From contig CAWFSF010000001.1 in NCBI GenBank assembly GCA_963818475.1, positions 192,001 through 256,000 of the forward strand: DNA of 64,000 nucleotides, read 5' to 3'. This DNA comes from Nitrospirota bacterium (GTDB lineage Bacteria > Nitrospirota > UBA9217). Below, in pieces: positions 1 to 10,910 of this stretch. The notes below the pieces were generated by a model. It worked only from the letters and a program-made list of their open reading frames with translations. It made no database searches and was not told where the DNA came from. The first letter of the stretch is position 1; each line of letters begins with the position of its first letter. The translations under genes and the position numbers were made by a program.

Positions 1-113
1 AAGGACAGCACCTTCGTGATGGCCGCTGTCAAGGTCGTCTTGCCGTGGTCAACATGGCCGATGGTGCCCACGTTCACATGAGGTTTTGTCCTCTCAAATT
101 TTGCCTTTGCCAT
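1..113 (-). CDS. tuf: Elongation factor Tu, 5' end (partial)
   Basis: The reverse strand reads [36 protein letters not shown], with a GGAGG RBS, downstream of the canonical tRNA cluster. Confidence 0.98.
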   Translation of the reverse strand, partial: MAKAKFERTKPHVNVGTIGHVDHGKTTLTAAITKVLS

Positions 114-288
114 GCTATCTGCCTCCTGTTGAAAAGTGACTGCCTAATGCCCCGCCATTCCTGAGCAGCTTACGATAAAAAAACTGCATATAATGAATGA
201 CTGACAACAATGTACATTTCACAGGACTCGCCCCCCCCCCGGGGATGGCCCTGTTCCGCAAGAACTTTCTTGCCGCGCCCTGCATTAC

Positions 289-364
289 TGGAGCCCATGA
301 GCGGGATTGAACCGCTGACCTCATCCTTACCAAGGATGTGCTCTACCAACTGAGCTACATGGGC
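289..364 (-). tRNA. tRNA-Thr(GGT)
   Basis: GCCCATGTAGCTCAGTTGGTAGAGC...CATCC TT GGT AA GGATG...GGTTCAATCCC...CCA, 76 nt cloverleaf. Confidence 0.97.
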
Positions 365-386
365 ACTCTTCTACTGCGTAAAAACA

Positions 387-463
387 TGGAGCGGGAAACG
401 GGATTCGAACCCGCGACCCCAAGCTTGGAAGGCTTGCGCTCTAGCCAGCTGAGCTATTCCCGC
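387..463 (-). tRNA. tRNA-Gly(TCC)
   Basis: GCGGGAATAGCTCAG...CAAGC CT TCC AA GCTTG...GGTTCGAATCCC...CCA. Confidence 0.97.
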
Positions 464-468
464 ATCTT

Positions 469-533
469 ATTTCGGATTTCGGATTGTAGATTTAAGATTT
501 TAAATCCGCATTCCGCAATCATCAATCCGCATT
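469..533. repeat. Heptamer (ATTTCGG/ATTGCGG) imperfect palindrome in the tRNA spacer
   Basis: atttcggatttcggattg...atccgcattccgcaatc...aatccgcatt. Confidence 0.75.
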
Positions 534-542
534 TAACTAAAC

Positions 543-628
543 TGGTGGGGAGGGGAGGTTTCGAACCTCCGTAGGCTGACGCCGACAGATTTACAGTCTG
601 TTCCCTTTGGCCACTCGGGCACCTCCCC
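543..628 (-). tRNA. tRNA-Tyr(GTA)
   Basis: GGGGAGGTGCCCGAGTGGCCAAAGGG ACAGA CT GTA AA TCTGT, long variable arm, GGTTCGAAACC...ACCA. Confidence 0.97.
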
Positions 629-690
629 GGGACACTACAATGCAACGAACTGCTTATACAATCCTTTGCGCTTCTTGATGACATTTGTAC

Positions 691-766
691 TGGAGCCACC
701 GGAGGGATTCGAACCCACGACCTGCTGATTACAAATCAGCTGCTCTACCAACTGAGCTACGGTGGC
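691..766 (-). tRNA. tRNA-Thr(TGT)
   Basis: GCCACCGTAGCTCAGTTGGTAGAGC GCTGA TT TGT AA TCAGC...GGTTCGAATCCC...CCA. Confidence 0.97.
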
Positions 767-872
767 GAAACCCTCTGGACACCAGCCGCCGCAAATACCT
801 GAACCTGCAGGAATTTCGTTTTTCTCCGGCCGTACCCAGCCGGCTGAGGACGCATTCCGTCAAAGAACTGGA

Positions 873-902
873 ATTATAAGGGATTGTTACATGACTTGTC
901 AA
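873..902 (-). promoter_or_regulatory. Sigma70 promoter of the tRNA-tuf operon
   Basis: TTGACA-N18-TATAAT on the minus strand. Confidence 0.8.
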
Positions 903-970
903 GTGAAAAGATGAAGTGGCTCCACAACAAGAAACAAGGCGCATCCTCCTGCGAAACCTGTTGTCGAAGC

Positions 971-1711
971 TTATTTTTTCCGCTGCCGCAACACCTCATA
1001 GAGCATCACACCCGTGGCCACTGATACGTTCAAAGAGCTTATCTGACCCATGAGCGGCAGGGAAAGCGCATAGTCACAGTGCTCCCTGACCAGGCGGCGG
1101 ACACCTTTATCCTCTCCTCCCAGCACCAGCGCGATAGGACGCACAAAATCGGCATCCCAGTACTGCATATCACCATTTGCCTCTGCTGCAGCGATCCATA
1201 CCCCTGCCTTTTTGAGGTCCTCGATCGCGTTTACGATGTTCACGACCTTCACCACCGGCACATATTCGAGAGCGCCTGCAGCAGCTTTTGCCACAGTTTC
1301 CGTAAGGCCCACAGCCCGCCGCTCGGGGATAATAACACCGTGCACACCGGCGGCTTCGGCAGTCCTCAGGATTGCACCGAGATTCCGCGGGTCTTCCACT
1401 CCGTCCAGAATCAGGAAGAGCGGTGTTTGCCCGCGTTGGGATGGGATCTGCAAAATATCGTCAAGCGTAGCATACTCACGGGCGGCCGCACTGGCGACCA
1501 CTCCCTGGTGTACGGCATTCGGCGCTTCACGGTTCAACGCGTCACGTGACGCCATCCTGACCTCGACCCCCCCCTGCCTGGCGAGCCGGATGATCTCAAT
1601 GATGTCCCTGTCGGACTTGCGCTGCTCGGCGATCAACAAACGCTGAATGGGCCGGCCCGACCTGAGCGCCTCCATGACCGGATTGATGCCGATTATTTTT
1701 TCTTTTTGCAT
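971..1711 (-). CDS. rlmB: 23S rRNA (Gm2251) 2'-O-methyltransferase
   Basis: SPOUT motifs LDGVEDPRNLGAILRTA, GGEDKG and SLNVSVA; follows cysS. Confidence 0.93.
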   Translation of the reverse strand: MQKEKIIGINPVMEALRSGRPIQRLLIAEQRKSDRDIIEIIRLARQGGVEVRMASRDALNREAPNAVHQGVVASAAAREYATLDDILQIPSQRGQTPLFLILDGVEDPRNLGAILRTAEAAGVHGVIIPERRAVGLTETVAKAAAGALEYVPVVKVVNIVNAIEDLKKAGVWIAAAEANGDMQYWDADFVRPIALVLGGEDKGVRRLVREHCDYALSLPLMGQISSLNVSVATGVMLYEVLRQRKK

Positions 1712-1795
1712 GTTTGTTCATTCCAGGAAACGACAACTACGCCGGCACCACGCGGTTCATCGATCAGGCGATCATGACGCGGCAGGATGCCGGGA

Positions 1796-3271
<1,476 letters not shown>

Positions 3272-3428
3272 AGACAGGATTTCCTCGATTAAAATATACT
3301 TTGGTATCTATCTCCAACCAATTATATACTATAATAATAGCAACCGCAAACATGGTCGTGAGACCGTCAATACTATAGTTTGCCCTGGTTTTTGTCAAGG
3401 GATTTAAAGAAGAAGCAGGAGCTCCGTT

Positions 3429-3926
3429 ATGACCACAGCGCAATGGCGATTCGTTGTCCAGGAGCATAAGGCCAAGCGCCTTCACTACGACTTTCGTCTT
3501 GAGATCGGAGGGGTGCTCAAGTCCTGGGCGGTGCCGAAAGGGCCATCGCTCGATCCTGCGGACAAGCGCCTTGCGGTCATGGTGCCCGACCACGCGCTTG
3601 ACTATGCAGAGTACGAGGGGATTATTCCCGAAGGCAGTTACGGAGCCGGACCAGTCGTGATATGGGACGCTGGTGAATTCGTGCCGATCGGGACAGTCAG
3701 CCCTGAAGACGCGCTGCTGGAAGGCAAACTGACCTTTGAGCTCTACGGGGGGATATTAAAAGGCGCCTTTACCCTCGCCCGGATGAAAGGCCTGGCCGAT
3801 GGCACTGGAAAAGAGTGGCTGCTGATGAAAAAGAAGGATGCTCATGCGAGAACGCGGCTATACGATAAAAACCGCGCTCACTCCGGCGAAGCTCAAATCG
3901 CTCAAAGAACGCGTCCCTCCCTGTGA
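3429..3926 (+). CDS. Standalone LigD 3'-phosphoesterase domain protein (C-terminus possibly frameshifted)
   Basis: FVVQEHKAKRLHYDFRLE, LKSWAVPKGPSLDP, YGAGPVVIWD. Confidence 0.88.
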   Translation: MTTAQWRFVVQEHKAKRLHYDFRLEIGGVLKSWAVPKGPSLDPADKRLAVMVPDHALDYAEYEGIIPEGSYGAGPVVIWDAGEFVPIGTVSPEDALLEGKLTFELYGGILKGAFTLARMKGLADGTGKEWLLMKKKDAHARTRLYDKNRAHSGEAQIAQRTRPSL

Positions 3927-4085
3927 AACAATATAAAATGCACATAATACCCCGTCCAATCCCTGAAACTCATCTTTGCATGCAATTTCCTGCTCCCGGA
4001 CCAGCGGCACTATGGCATTAAAAGCGGTCATTCTTTTGTTAACGCCGGAAAAACACATGCCTGCCTCCAGTACTCGGGATCGCGA

Positions 4086-4364
4086 TTACGCCGTCAGCGA
4101 CTCGAGCTCCTGCAATTTTTTCAGGGCATCATACCGGCTGAAGCCGCAACACTCGTCTGTCGGGGAATAGGAACTGCATACCACCGGGCGTCCGGGTTTT
4201 TCAAAAAGCATACAGCGGTTATCAAGCGTAAGCTGGATGCAGCGAACTCCTGCGGGCTTTCCGTCCGGCATTCCGGGAATGGCCGAGGAAATCGAGGGTG
4301 CAATGCAGCAGGCGCCGCATCCGATGCGGCATAACCCGCTGTTCTTGTCAGCGTTCTGGTTCAT
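4086..4364 (-). CDS. YkgJ-family cysteine cluster protein
   Basis: CRIGCGACC...GKPAGVRCIQL...C...RPVVC...CCG. Confidence 0.85.
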   Translation of the reverse strand: MNQNADKNSGLCRIGCGACCIAPSISSAIPGMPDGKPAGVRCIQLTLDNRCMLFEKPGRPVVCSSYSPTDECCGFSRYDALKKLQELESLTA

Positions 4365-4654
4365 TCCGGCTCGATAGTTGAGATGAGGGAAAAAGACTGG
4401 AGCTGGTCCCGATGGTGTTCGGCCTGCTCCAGAGGCTCGACCGTACAGAGCGCCACACCGTGGTTATGGGTCTCAAGCATGATCTGCTCACAGCGTTCTT
4501 TTTTGAACTTGAAGACGTGCAAGAGGACACGCACCACATGCTCCATCGTGTTATGATCGTCATTATGCAGCAGGACCTTATAGAGCGGGACATGCATCGT
4601 CTGCCGGTCGGCGACCGGAGCCGTACCGGGTCGTGTCAAGGGAGATGCAGCCAT
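4361..4654 (-). CDS. clpS: Clp protease adaptor ClpS
   Basis: YKVLLHNDDHNTMEHVV...IMLETHNHGVA; ATG at 4654 has a GAGGAG RBS. Confidence 0.9.
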   Translation of the reverse strand: MAASPLTRPGTAPVADRQTMHVPLYKVLLHNDDHNTMEHVVRVLLHVFKFKKERCEQIMLETHNHGVALCTVEPLEQAEHHRDQLQSFSLISTIEPE

Positions 4655-4719
4655 CAATATCAGTCTCCTCGGAGAGTTCGGCGCGGACCAGCACCAGGAT
4701 CGCCAATGAGGGCAACGGG

Positions 4720-5256
4720 CTACTCCTGCAGCCGCAGCAGTCGGCCGCAGGACGAACAGCAATAGCAGTTGGTCCCCTGCAAAATACCCAGGAAACGGTA
4801 TGCAGGTTTTTTGCACTCACACACGGACCGCAGCAGCGCGATCCGGTAGTTCCTCAGCATGACCTGCAGCGGGGTCACGGCAGCTGACAGCACCAGAAGC
4901 CCGAAAGCATTGTTCCCCCACCACCCCATCTGCATGCCCATAAAGAGCAGAAAGGCAAACGTCATGGGTACGATGACCAGACCGGCAATGAAATCCCTGA
5001 TGATACGGTGGTTCTGTGCGGATACCGGGACGCCGGGAAAAAGATCGGCGAGCTTGCGGACCGGCTCGTCGATCAGCCGCTGCCCGCAGGCAGTGCAGGC
5101 GAGCTTGGCAAAGATCATAGCGTCACCAGCGCCCTGCGTCATATGCTGCGACCAGCCATCATAGCGCGGCATCACCCTCGTGTTGCAATGACCGCAGACC
5201 AACGCAACATTCCACCCATAGGATTGACTGACCACGCTCCGATATTTGGCGAACAC
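4720..5256 (-). CDS. Hypothetical membrane protein with Cys-rich (zinc-ribbon-like) motifs
   Basis: CGHC, CTAC, CEC and CSSC flank two hydrophobic helices. Confidence 0.6.
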   Translation of the reverse strand: MFAKYRSVVSQSYGWNVALVCGHCNTRVMPRYDGWSQHMTQGAGDAMIFAKLACTACGQRLIDEPVRKLADLFPGVPVSAQNHRIIRDFIAGLVIVPMTFAFLLFMGMQMGWWGNNAFGLLVLSAAVTPLQVMLRNYRIALLRSVCECKKPAYRFLGILQGTNCYCCSSCGRLLRLQE

Positions 5257-5312
5257 TCTTGTTTATTCCTCTCCGGCGGTCAGGGCCTATGCAGGCTCTG
5301 TCAGGCTTATGT

Positions 5313-5342
5313 AATTCGTGTTTATTCGCGAAATTCGCGGTT
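5313..5342. repeat. Half-site of a periodic element (ATTCGYG x3)
   Basis: aattcgtgtttattcgcgaaattcgcggtt resembles the right arm of 59295-59370. Confidence 0.6.
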
Positions 5343-5361
5343 CACTATCACCCTTTGTCGC

Positions 5362-5982
5362 TCACAAGGGCAATCGGATTTTATATCGTATCGCAAGCAT
5401 CCGCAACACAAATGTAACAGAGATGCAGATAATGGCGGCGAGGACATCGTTCCCCGTCGTCTGCATCACGGCCAGGTAGCACCAGGCCCCGGCGAACGCG
5501 CAGGTCGCATACAGCTCCGTCCGCTGGAATACCGCGGGGATCTCGTTGCAGATCATGTCCCGCAGCACGCCTCCGAAGACGCCGGTCGTGACGCCCAAAA
5601 GCGCTGCGATGAACGGGTGCAGCCCCGCCTGATGGGCGAGCGAGGCGCCCGTTGCACTGAACAGGCCGAGCCCGAGCGCGTCAAGCACGAGCACCAGGGA
5701 CATGGCTTTCCCGTGTTCCGTCACCTGTTTCGTGATAAGACCGCCGAGCAGCGAGAGCGCCAGAAATATAACGGGATACCAGTAATGCTCGACCCAGAAC
5801 AGCGGGTGCCGGTCCAGGATGAAGTCGCGGAGCGTACCGCCGCCGAAGGCCGTGATCATGGCCACGGCGTAAACACCGACGAGATCCATGCCCTTCTTGC
5901 GCGCTTCGATGATGCCCGTCAGCGCAAAGGCGAAGGTCCCGATAACCTCGACGGTCTTGATGAGCGTGTTCATAGGGGTCAT
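5362..5982 (-). CDS. Trimeric intracellular cation channel (UPF0126) family protein
   Basis: Duplicated GGGTLRD / GGVLRD motifs; multiple TM helices. Confidence 0.9.
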   Translation of the reverse strand: MTPMNTLIKTVEVIGTFAFALTGIIEARKKGMDLVGVYAVAMITAFGGGTLRDFILDRHPLFWVEHYWYPVIFLALSLLGGLITKQVTEHGKAMSLVLVLDALGLGLFSATGASLAHQAGLHPFIAALLGVTTGVFGGVLRDMICNEIPAVFQRTELYATCAFAGAWCYLAVMQTTGNDVLAAIICISVTFVLRMLAIRYKIRLPL

Positions 5983-6575
5983 TTCGCGAATCCGCCCTCA
6001 AAAACGATCTCTTCAAGTTTCCTTCTGTTCGAGGGGAACTCCCGCTGCTCCAACACGAACGGAAGGTCATACTTGTTGCCCGGACGTCCCACGGCGATCA
6101 TCGCCTCGACCTGATGGTCCTCGGCGACGTTCAATTCACCCTGGGCCCGATCGTAATTAAATCCCTGCATGCCGTGCACGACGAGGCCCATGAAGGAACC
6201 CTGGAGCGCCAGGCATGCCCAGGCGGCGCCGGTGTCATAGGAATGGGTGCGGGCGGGCTTGCCGTTAAAGTCGAAGGTTGTTTTCGAGACCGTGACGATC
6301 AGCGCTGCCGCATTCCTGCACCAGGACTGATTGTTCGCGGACAGGAGGCTAAAGAACTTTTCCCAATGCCCCGTGTTCCGCAAGGCATACAGGAACCGCC
6401 AGGGCTGGTTGTTCATGGACGACGGTGCCCACCGCGCCGCTTCGAAAAGGCGCATGAGCTCCTCTTTGCTGATCTCCTCGCCTGACATGGCGCGCGGCGA
6501 CCAACGATTGATGAAGATCGGTGAGATCTCATGGCCCGGTTTGCGAAACTCGGAGATGTTCGGAACGTCTGCCAT
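5979..6575 (-). CDS. Nitroreductase family protein
   Basis: RWSPRAM, FEAARWAPSSMNNQPWRF. Confidence 0.9.
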   Translation of the reverse strand: MADVPNISEFRKPGHEISPIFINRWSPRAMSGEEISKEELMRLFEAARWAPSSMNNQPWRFLYALRNTGHWEKFFSLLSANNQSWCRNAAALIVTVSKTTFDFNGKPARTHSYDTGAAWACLALQGSFMGLVVHGMQGFNYDRAQGELNVAEDHQVEAMIAVGRPGNKYDLPFVLEQREFPSNRRKLEEIVFEGGFAK

Positions 6576-6628
6576 AGGAGTATCCTTTAAACTAAGACGC
6601 AAATCTTCACACAAGGAGAAGAACATTT

Positions 6629-6722
6629 ACCGCAAAGGCGCGAAGAACGCGAAGGATGCCGGAACAAGGGGGATGTCTTAAGATCTACACGATTTCCTTC
6701 GCGACCCTTGCGTCTTCGCGGT
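6629..6722. repeat. Periodic inverted-repeat element (CGCRAAG x3 arms)
   Basis: accgcaaaggcgcgaagaacgcgaagga ... tccttcgcgacccttgcgtcttcgcggt. Confidence 0.8.
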
Positions 6723-6780
6723 TCCAAGATCTCAGTTCTGCCATTTGAATGATCCTGTAACTGCCCAGGTCAACATAGTA

Positions 6781-6864
6781 TCCGCAGATTGCACAGATTT
6801 CACAGATTAAAGCAAACCTGAATTAGGTATTTTAAAATATGCGTCCATCTGCGAAATCTGCGGA
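6781..6864. repeat. Periodic inverted-repeat element (CRCAGAT x3 arms)
   Basis: tccgcagattgcacagatttcacagatt ... aatatgcgtccatctgcgaaatctgcgga. Confidence 0.8.
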
Positions 6865-6935
6865 CAAAAGGGTTTTTCTCTGGTGCCACACCCTTATGGG
6901 TTCAGATGTGCTGAATAGTTGCATAATCCCTGTCT

Positions 6936-8864
6936 TTAAAATGCCTGCACTGCTTCCATCAGCACACCCGCGCTCCCCGGCTCATGCACTGCCGCGGTCC
7001 TTGCTTCCTTCCATCGTCTTCGCAGCTTCTTCACGTCCTCGCCCTTCGCTTCCCGCGCCTTGAGCTTTCTGTCGATCGCCTCCAGCTGCGCCAGCGCCTC
7101 GCGTATGCCCTTATCCAGGTTCCGATACTTGACCGCATCGCTCTTCGGGATCGAGAAATCACCGCTCGTCTTCCAGATGTCGCCCAACTTCATCCATGCG
7201 GCAAAATTCTCGACCTTCCCGCCTTCCATGAGCTCTATTTTCGACAAGGCTTTGATGTCTCTGACGTGAATGCCGTTTTTGTCCGCCACCACCTTCTGGC
7301 TTCCATCGAACGGCTCAGCACCCTGGTTGTCCAAATAATGCCACGTTACGCGGGAGACCTGGATCTCCGAATCATGGCAGCTCCCGCAGGTGCGCGATTT
7401 CCCAAGCGGATGCGCCACTTGCTCCACCTGGAGCCAGGCGAGGTAGTTGTTGTTCCCGCCCGGGAAGTTGAAGGTCCCGAGCTGGGCATAGGCATCGTGG
7501 GTCTCGCCTTTTGGCCAGCGGAAGATGAGGCCCGGCTTCGGCAGGACGGTCTCCTTGATCCCGCCCGCACTGTTCGGCCAGATCTTGGTCGGTATCCAGC
7601 GCTTGTTCTGGTCCTTGATCAGGATCGGCGGCTCCATGGGACCGTAATAGAGTGAGTATTTCTTAAAGGGATTCGGCTTCCCGGCAATGAAGCCTGGTCC
7701 CCACGAGGTCATCTCGTATCCGCCCAGGATCTTCACGTGGCAGGCTTCGCAGGCCAGGTTTTTGTGCATGCTGACCGCCATGGCCTGCTCGACTTCGATA
7801 TGGCAATCCTGGCACGTGGCCTTGCGCTCGATATGGCCCATGCCGTCAGGGCCGGTCTGATGGCAGTCCGTGCACTCGATCTTTTTGCTGACATGCACGT
7901 CCTCGGGCAGGCCTGCAGGCTCGGAGAACTCCTTCCCGAGATAGCTGTCGCCGCGCCTCCGCTCCATCGTGCCTGCATGACAGACAAAAGTGCTCCTGCC
8001 GCCGCCCGTGCAGTTCGCCGAAGGCGGTGTTCTGCTGAATGCGTGGCTGCCCTTCTCCCGGGAAGGCGCATAATGGCAGTCGAGGCAGCCTGCATGGCAG
8101 ATGTTGCAGGCTTTCTGCTTGGCAATGGCCTGCTCACGAGTGAGCGGCTGGTTGATCTGCTCCACGATCTTCTGCGTGTTCTCGAAGGAGAACTTGTTTC
8201 CTTCTGCCCTGCCGACCGGCAAGGTGTCTGCAAAGGATGGCCCTCAATTATTGGGGCCATGGATATCGTTCCAGATCCGCATGGACCGCTGGCGGAAGTT
8301 CGAGCCCATAATGCTGGTGCTGAACTGCTTCACCTGGTCGGGATGGCAGTTGGACTTGCCGCAGGTCTTCTTCGCAATGGCCGGATCATACCCGAGCGTC
8401 AGCCTGTTCCGGTCGTGGTACAGCAGCGTTCCCACGTCGTAATCGAGCGAACCGTCAGCCGACCGCGGCAGCATTTCGCGCAAACGATCGTCGCCGGCGG
8501 GCAGGAGCTGTTTCACGTGGCCTTTTCGCTGCACACTATTAAGATTATTATCGAGGACAATGAGCTTCAGCATGCCCTGATGGGCAGTGGCGGGATCGTT
8601 CGACAGGCCGTTCCCCAGGTGGCAGTCACGGCATTCCGTGTTCGGATGGCGCGCTTCCTTTTGCACCTGCTCGCGGGTCATCACGAACTGCGGATAGCCG
8701 AGGCTGGTCATCTTCGCAGTGTCAGCGTGGCACTTAACGCAGCGGTCGCTGGAATGATAGCCGGAGTAGAGGGTGATAAAAAGAAGAACAAGGACCAACT
8801 GGGCCATAAGGATCGCCATGCCTTGCCTTGTTCCGAACCATTTCCAAAGTTTGCCGATAGCCAT
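6936..8864 (-). CDS. Membrane-anchored multiheme cytochrome c, probable selenoprotein (in-frame TGA at 8244-8246)
   Basis: ORFs 8244-8894 and 6936-8222 are in one frame, joined by HGPNN-TGA-GPSFADTL. 8 CxxCH plus CX4CH and CX9CH motifs; N-terminal TM helix; SECIS-like hairpin. Confidence 0.85.
8199..8237 (-). promoter_or_regulatory. Putative bacterial SECIS element
   Basis: TCCTTTGC-AGACA-CCTTGCC GGTC GGCAGG-GCAGAAGGA; the GGUC loop begins 26 nt after the TGA. Confidence 0.75.
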
Positions 8865-8947
8865 AAGAACCACTTCGTCAATAGGGGGGGCCAAAAAGCA
8901 CGACCGCCCTGAGCATCATCTATATTCGCCGGCATATTCCGGACAGT

Positions 8948-9265
8948 TCATGCCACGCGAACCTTTCTATAGGTTTTTCTCATCGTGTCGATAAATTTCT
9001 TGGTGGCGAATTTTGAGGGAACCGTTCCCGCCGGCGCATCCAAACCTTCTAAAAAGGTGACATTGCGCAGCGTATAATATTCAATAATGTCCAGGGCATC
9101 CTGGCCAATCGCGGACCCATAGGTAAGATGGTATATTTCCCCATTCTTGAGATAGATCCTGACCAGGTCCTCGCTTGACTGCAAAACGGTTATAAAGAGT
9201 GAACCGCTCTTTTTGGCGTCGTGGAGCTCTTGCAGCACATCAGCGAAATTTCGATCTTGGGCCAT
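8948..9265 (-). CDS. Small hypothetical protein (DUF4388/PatA-N-like)
   Basis: FADVLQELHDAKKSGSLFI...RIYLKNGEIYH...GQDAL pattern; AAGGAG RBS. Confidence 0.6.
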   Translation of the reverse strand: MAQDRNFADVLQELHDAKKSGSLFITVLQSSEDLVRIYLKNGEIYHLTYGSAIGQDALDIIEYYTLRNVTFLEGLDAPAGTVPSKFATKKFIDTMRKTYRKVRVA

Positions 9266-9340
9266 TCTTATCTCCTTTGTACACTCTTGATCTGCTTCCG
9301 CAGCGTGAAACAAATGTCTTCTGCACACAAAGCGGCAACT

Positions 9341-10708
9341 TCAAAACAATCGCTCCATCGCCTCATCCACGGACCGTACGCCCAGAAGCTCCATCTTGTT
9401 CTTCGATGCCTTGTCCATCTTCTCCACATTGAGCGCCGGCAGCACGCACCGCTTGAACCCGAGCTTGGCAGCGTCCTTGATCCGGGCCTCGGCCTGGCTG
9501 ATGGCGCGGACCTCGCCGGCAAGGCCCACCTCGCCCATGACCACGGTCTGGGCGGCTATGGGCCGCTCGCGGAAGCTGGAGGCAACGGCAGCGATGATGC
9601 CGAGGTCGACGGCAGGCTCGTCGATCTTGAGGCCGCCCACGATATTGACGAACACATCCATGCCCATGAGCTGCATGCCGACGCGCTTTTCAAGGACCGC
9701 CAGGAGCAGCGACACGCGGTTATAATCCACGCCGATGCAGGTGCGGCGGGGCATGGTGAGCTTTGAGGGCGCCACCAGCGCCTGAAGCTCCGCCAGGATC
9801 GGGCGCGAGCCTTCGAGCGACGAGACCACGACCGAGCCGGTGGCGTCGGCCGGACGCTCGGCAAGGAAGATCTCGGAGGGATTGGCCACTTCGGCCAGGC
9901 CGCTCTCCTTCATCTCGAACACGCCGATCTCGTTCGTCGAACCGAAGCGGTTCTTGACCGCGCGCAGGATCCGGAAGGAATGGCCCTTGTCCCCCTCGAA
10001 ATACAGCACCGTGTCCACGATATGCTCCAGCACGCGCGGCCCGGCGATGGCGCCGTCCTTGGTCACGTGGCCGATCAGGAACGTCGGCATGCCCGTTTTT
10101 TTTGCATGGATCATGAGCCTGCCCGAGACCTCGCGGACCTGGCCCACGCTGCCGGGAGCGGACGGAAGCTCCGAGGTGAATACGGTCTGCACGGAATCGA
10201 CGACCAGCACCTGCGGCTCCAGCCCGTCTGCTGCACGGATGATCTCGTCGAGCGATGTCTCGGCCAGCACATAGAGGTGCTCGGCCTTGACGCCGAGCCG
10301 CTGGGCGCGCATCTTGATCTGCGCCGGCGATTCCTCGCCCGTGACATAGAGCGCCTTGCCCCGGAGCTCCGACACCTGCCGGAGCATCTGGAGCACGAGC
10401 GTGGACTTGCCGATGCCGGGGTCGCCGCCGATCAGGACAACCGATCCGGGGACGATCCCTCCGCCGAGCACGCGGTCCAGCTCGCCGATCTTCGTGACAA
10501 AACGGTCCTCGTCCCGGGCCTGGATCTCGTTCAGCAGGAGCGGTTCGGACCCGCCCTGGCGCTTCGCGCTCCCGATGTCCCTGGACTTTTCGACCTGCTC
10601 CTCGACCATGGTGTTCCAGGCGCCGCAGTCGGGGCATTTGCCCATCCACCGCGGCGACTGCGTGCCGCAGGACTGGCAAACGTAGACCGTTTTTATTCTT
10701 GTTTTCAT
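9341..10708 (-). CDS. radA: DNA repair protein RadA/Sms
   Basis: N-terminal C4 zinc finger, GGDPGIGKST, KNRFG motif, Lon-like C-terminus. Confidence 0.97.
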   Translation of the reverse strand: MKTRIKTVYVCQSCGTQSPRWMGKCPDCGAWNTMVEEQVEKSRDIGSAKRQGGSEPLLLNEIQARDEDRFVTKIGELDRVLGGGIVPGSVVLIGGDPGIGKSTLVLQMLRQVSELRGKALYVTGEESPAQIKMRAQRLGVKAEHLYVLAETSLDEIIRAADGLEPQVLVVDSVQTVFTSELPSAPGSVGQVREVSGRLMIHAKKTGMPTFLIGHVTKDGAIAGPRVLEHIVDTVLYFEGDKGHSFRILRAVKNRFGSTNEIGVFEMKESGLAEVANPSEIFLAERPADATGSVVVSSLEGSRPILAELQALVAPSKLTMPRRTCIGVDYNRVSLLLAVLEKRVGMQLMGMDVFVNIVGGLKIDEPAVDLGIIAAVASSFRERPIAAQTVVMGEVGLAGEVRAISQAEARIKDAAKLGFKRCVLPALNVEKMDKASKNKMELLGVRSVDEAMERLF

Positions 10709-10717
10709 CGTTAAAGC

Positions 10718-10746
10718 ATTTTAGTGGTTCACTGCTGGATTGTCAA
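10718..10746 (-). promoter_or_regulatory. Sigma70 promoter of radA
   Basis: TTGACA-N17-TAAAAT, 9 nt before the ATG. Confidence 0.7.
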
Positions 10747-10846
10747 ACGCATTCTGGAGTTGATGAAGCGAACAGCAGGAGCGTCTGCCTGAATACGCTC
10801 AGGTCAGATGGCGGTCGCGGCAGGAGCGGCGCAAGGCGACAAAAGC

Positions 10847-10874
10847 TTGACAAATATTGCAACCATGCTATCTT
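10847..10874 (+). promoter_or_regulatory. Sigma70 promoter of the TraF-like gene
   Basis: TTGACA-N16-TATCTT with a TGn extended -10. Confidence 0.55.
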
Positions 10875-10910
10875 TACATGAATCTATCGGCTCTTCAGGA
10901 GGACCTGGTT

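Noticed and set aside
229-244. C10G4 homopolymer tract upstream of tuf as a phase-variation site
   Set aside because: Non-coding, upstream of an essential gene, and homopolymer length is unreliable in this assembly.
289-766. tRNA cluster as an integration site for a genomic island
   Set aside because: No duplicated tRNA 3' end or integrase seen; the canonical Thr-Tyr-Gly-Thr-tuf order is intact.
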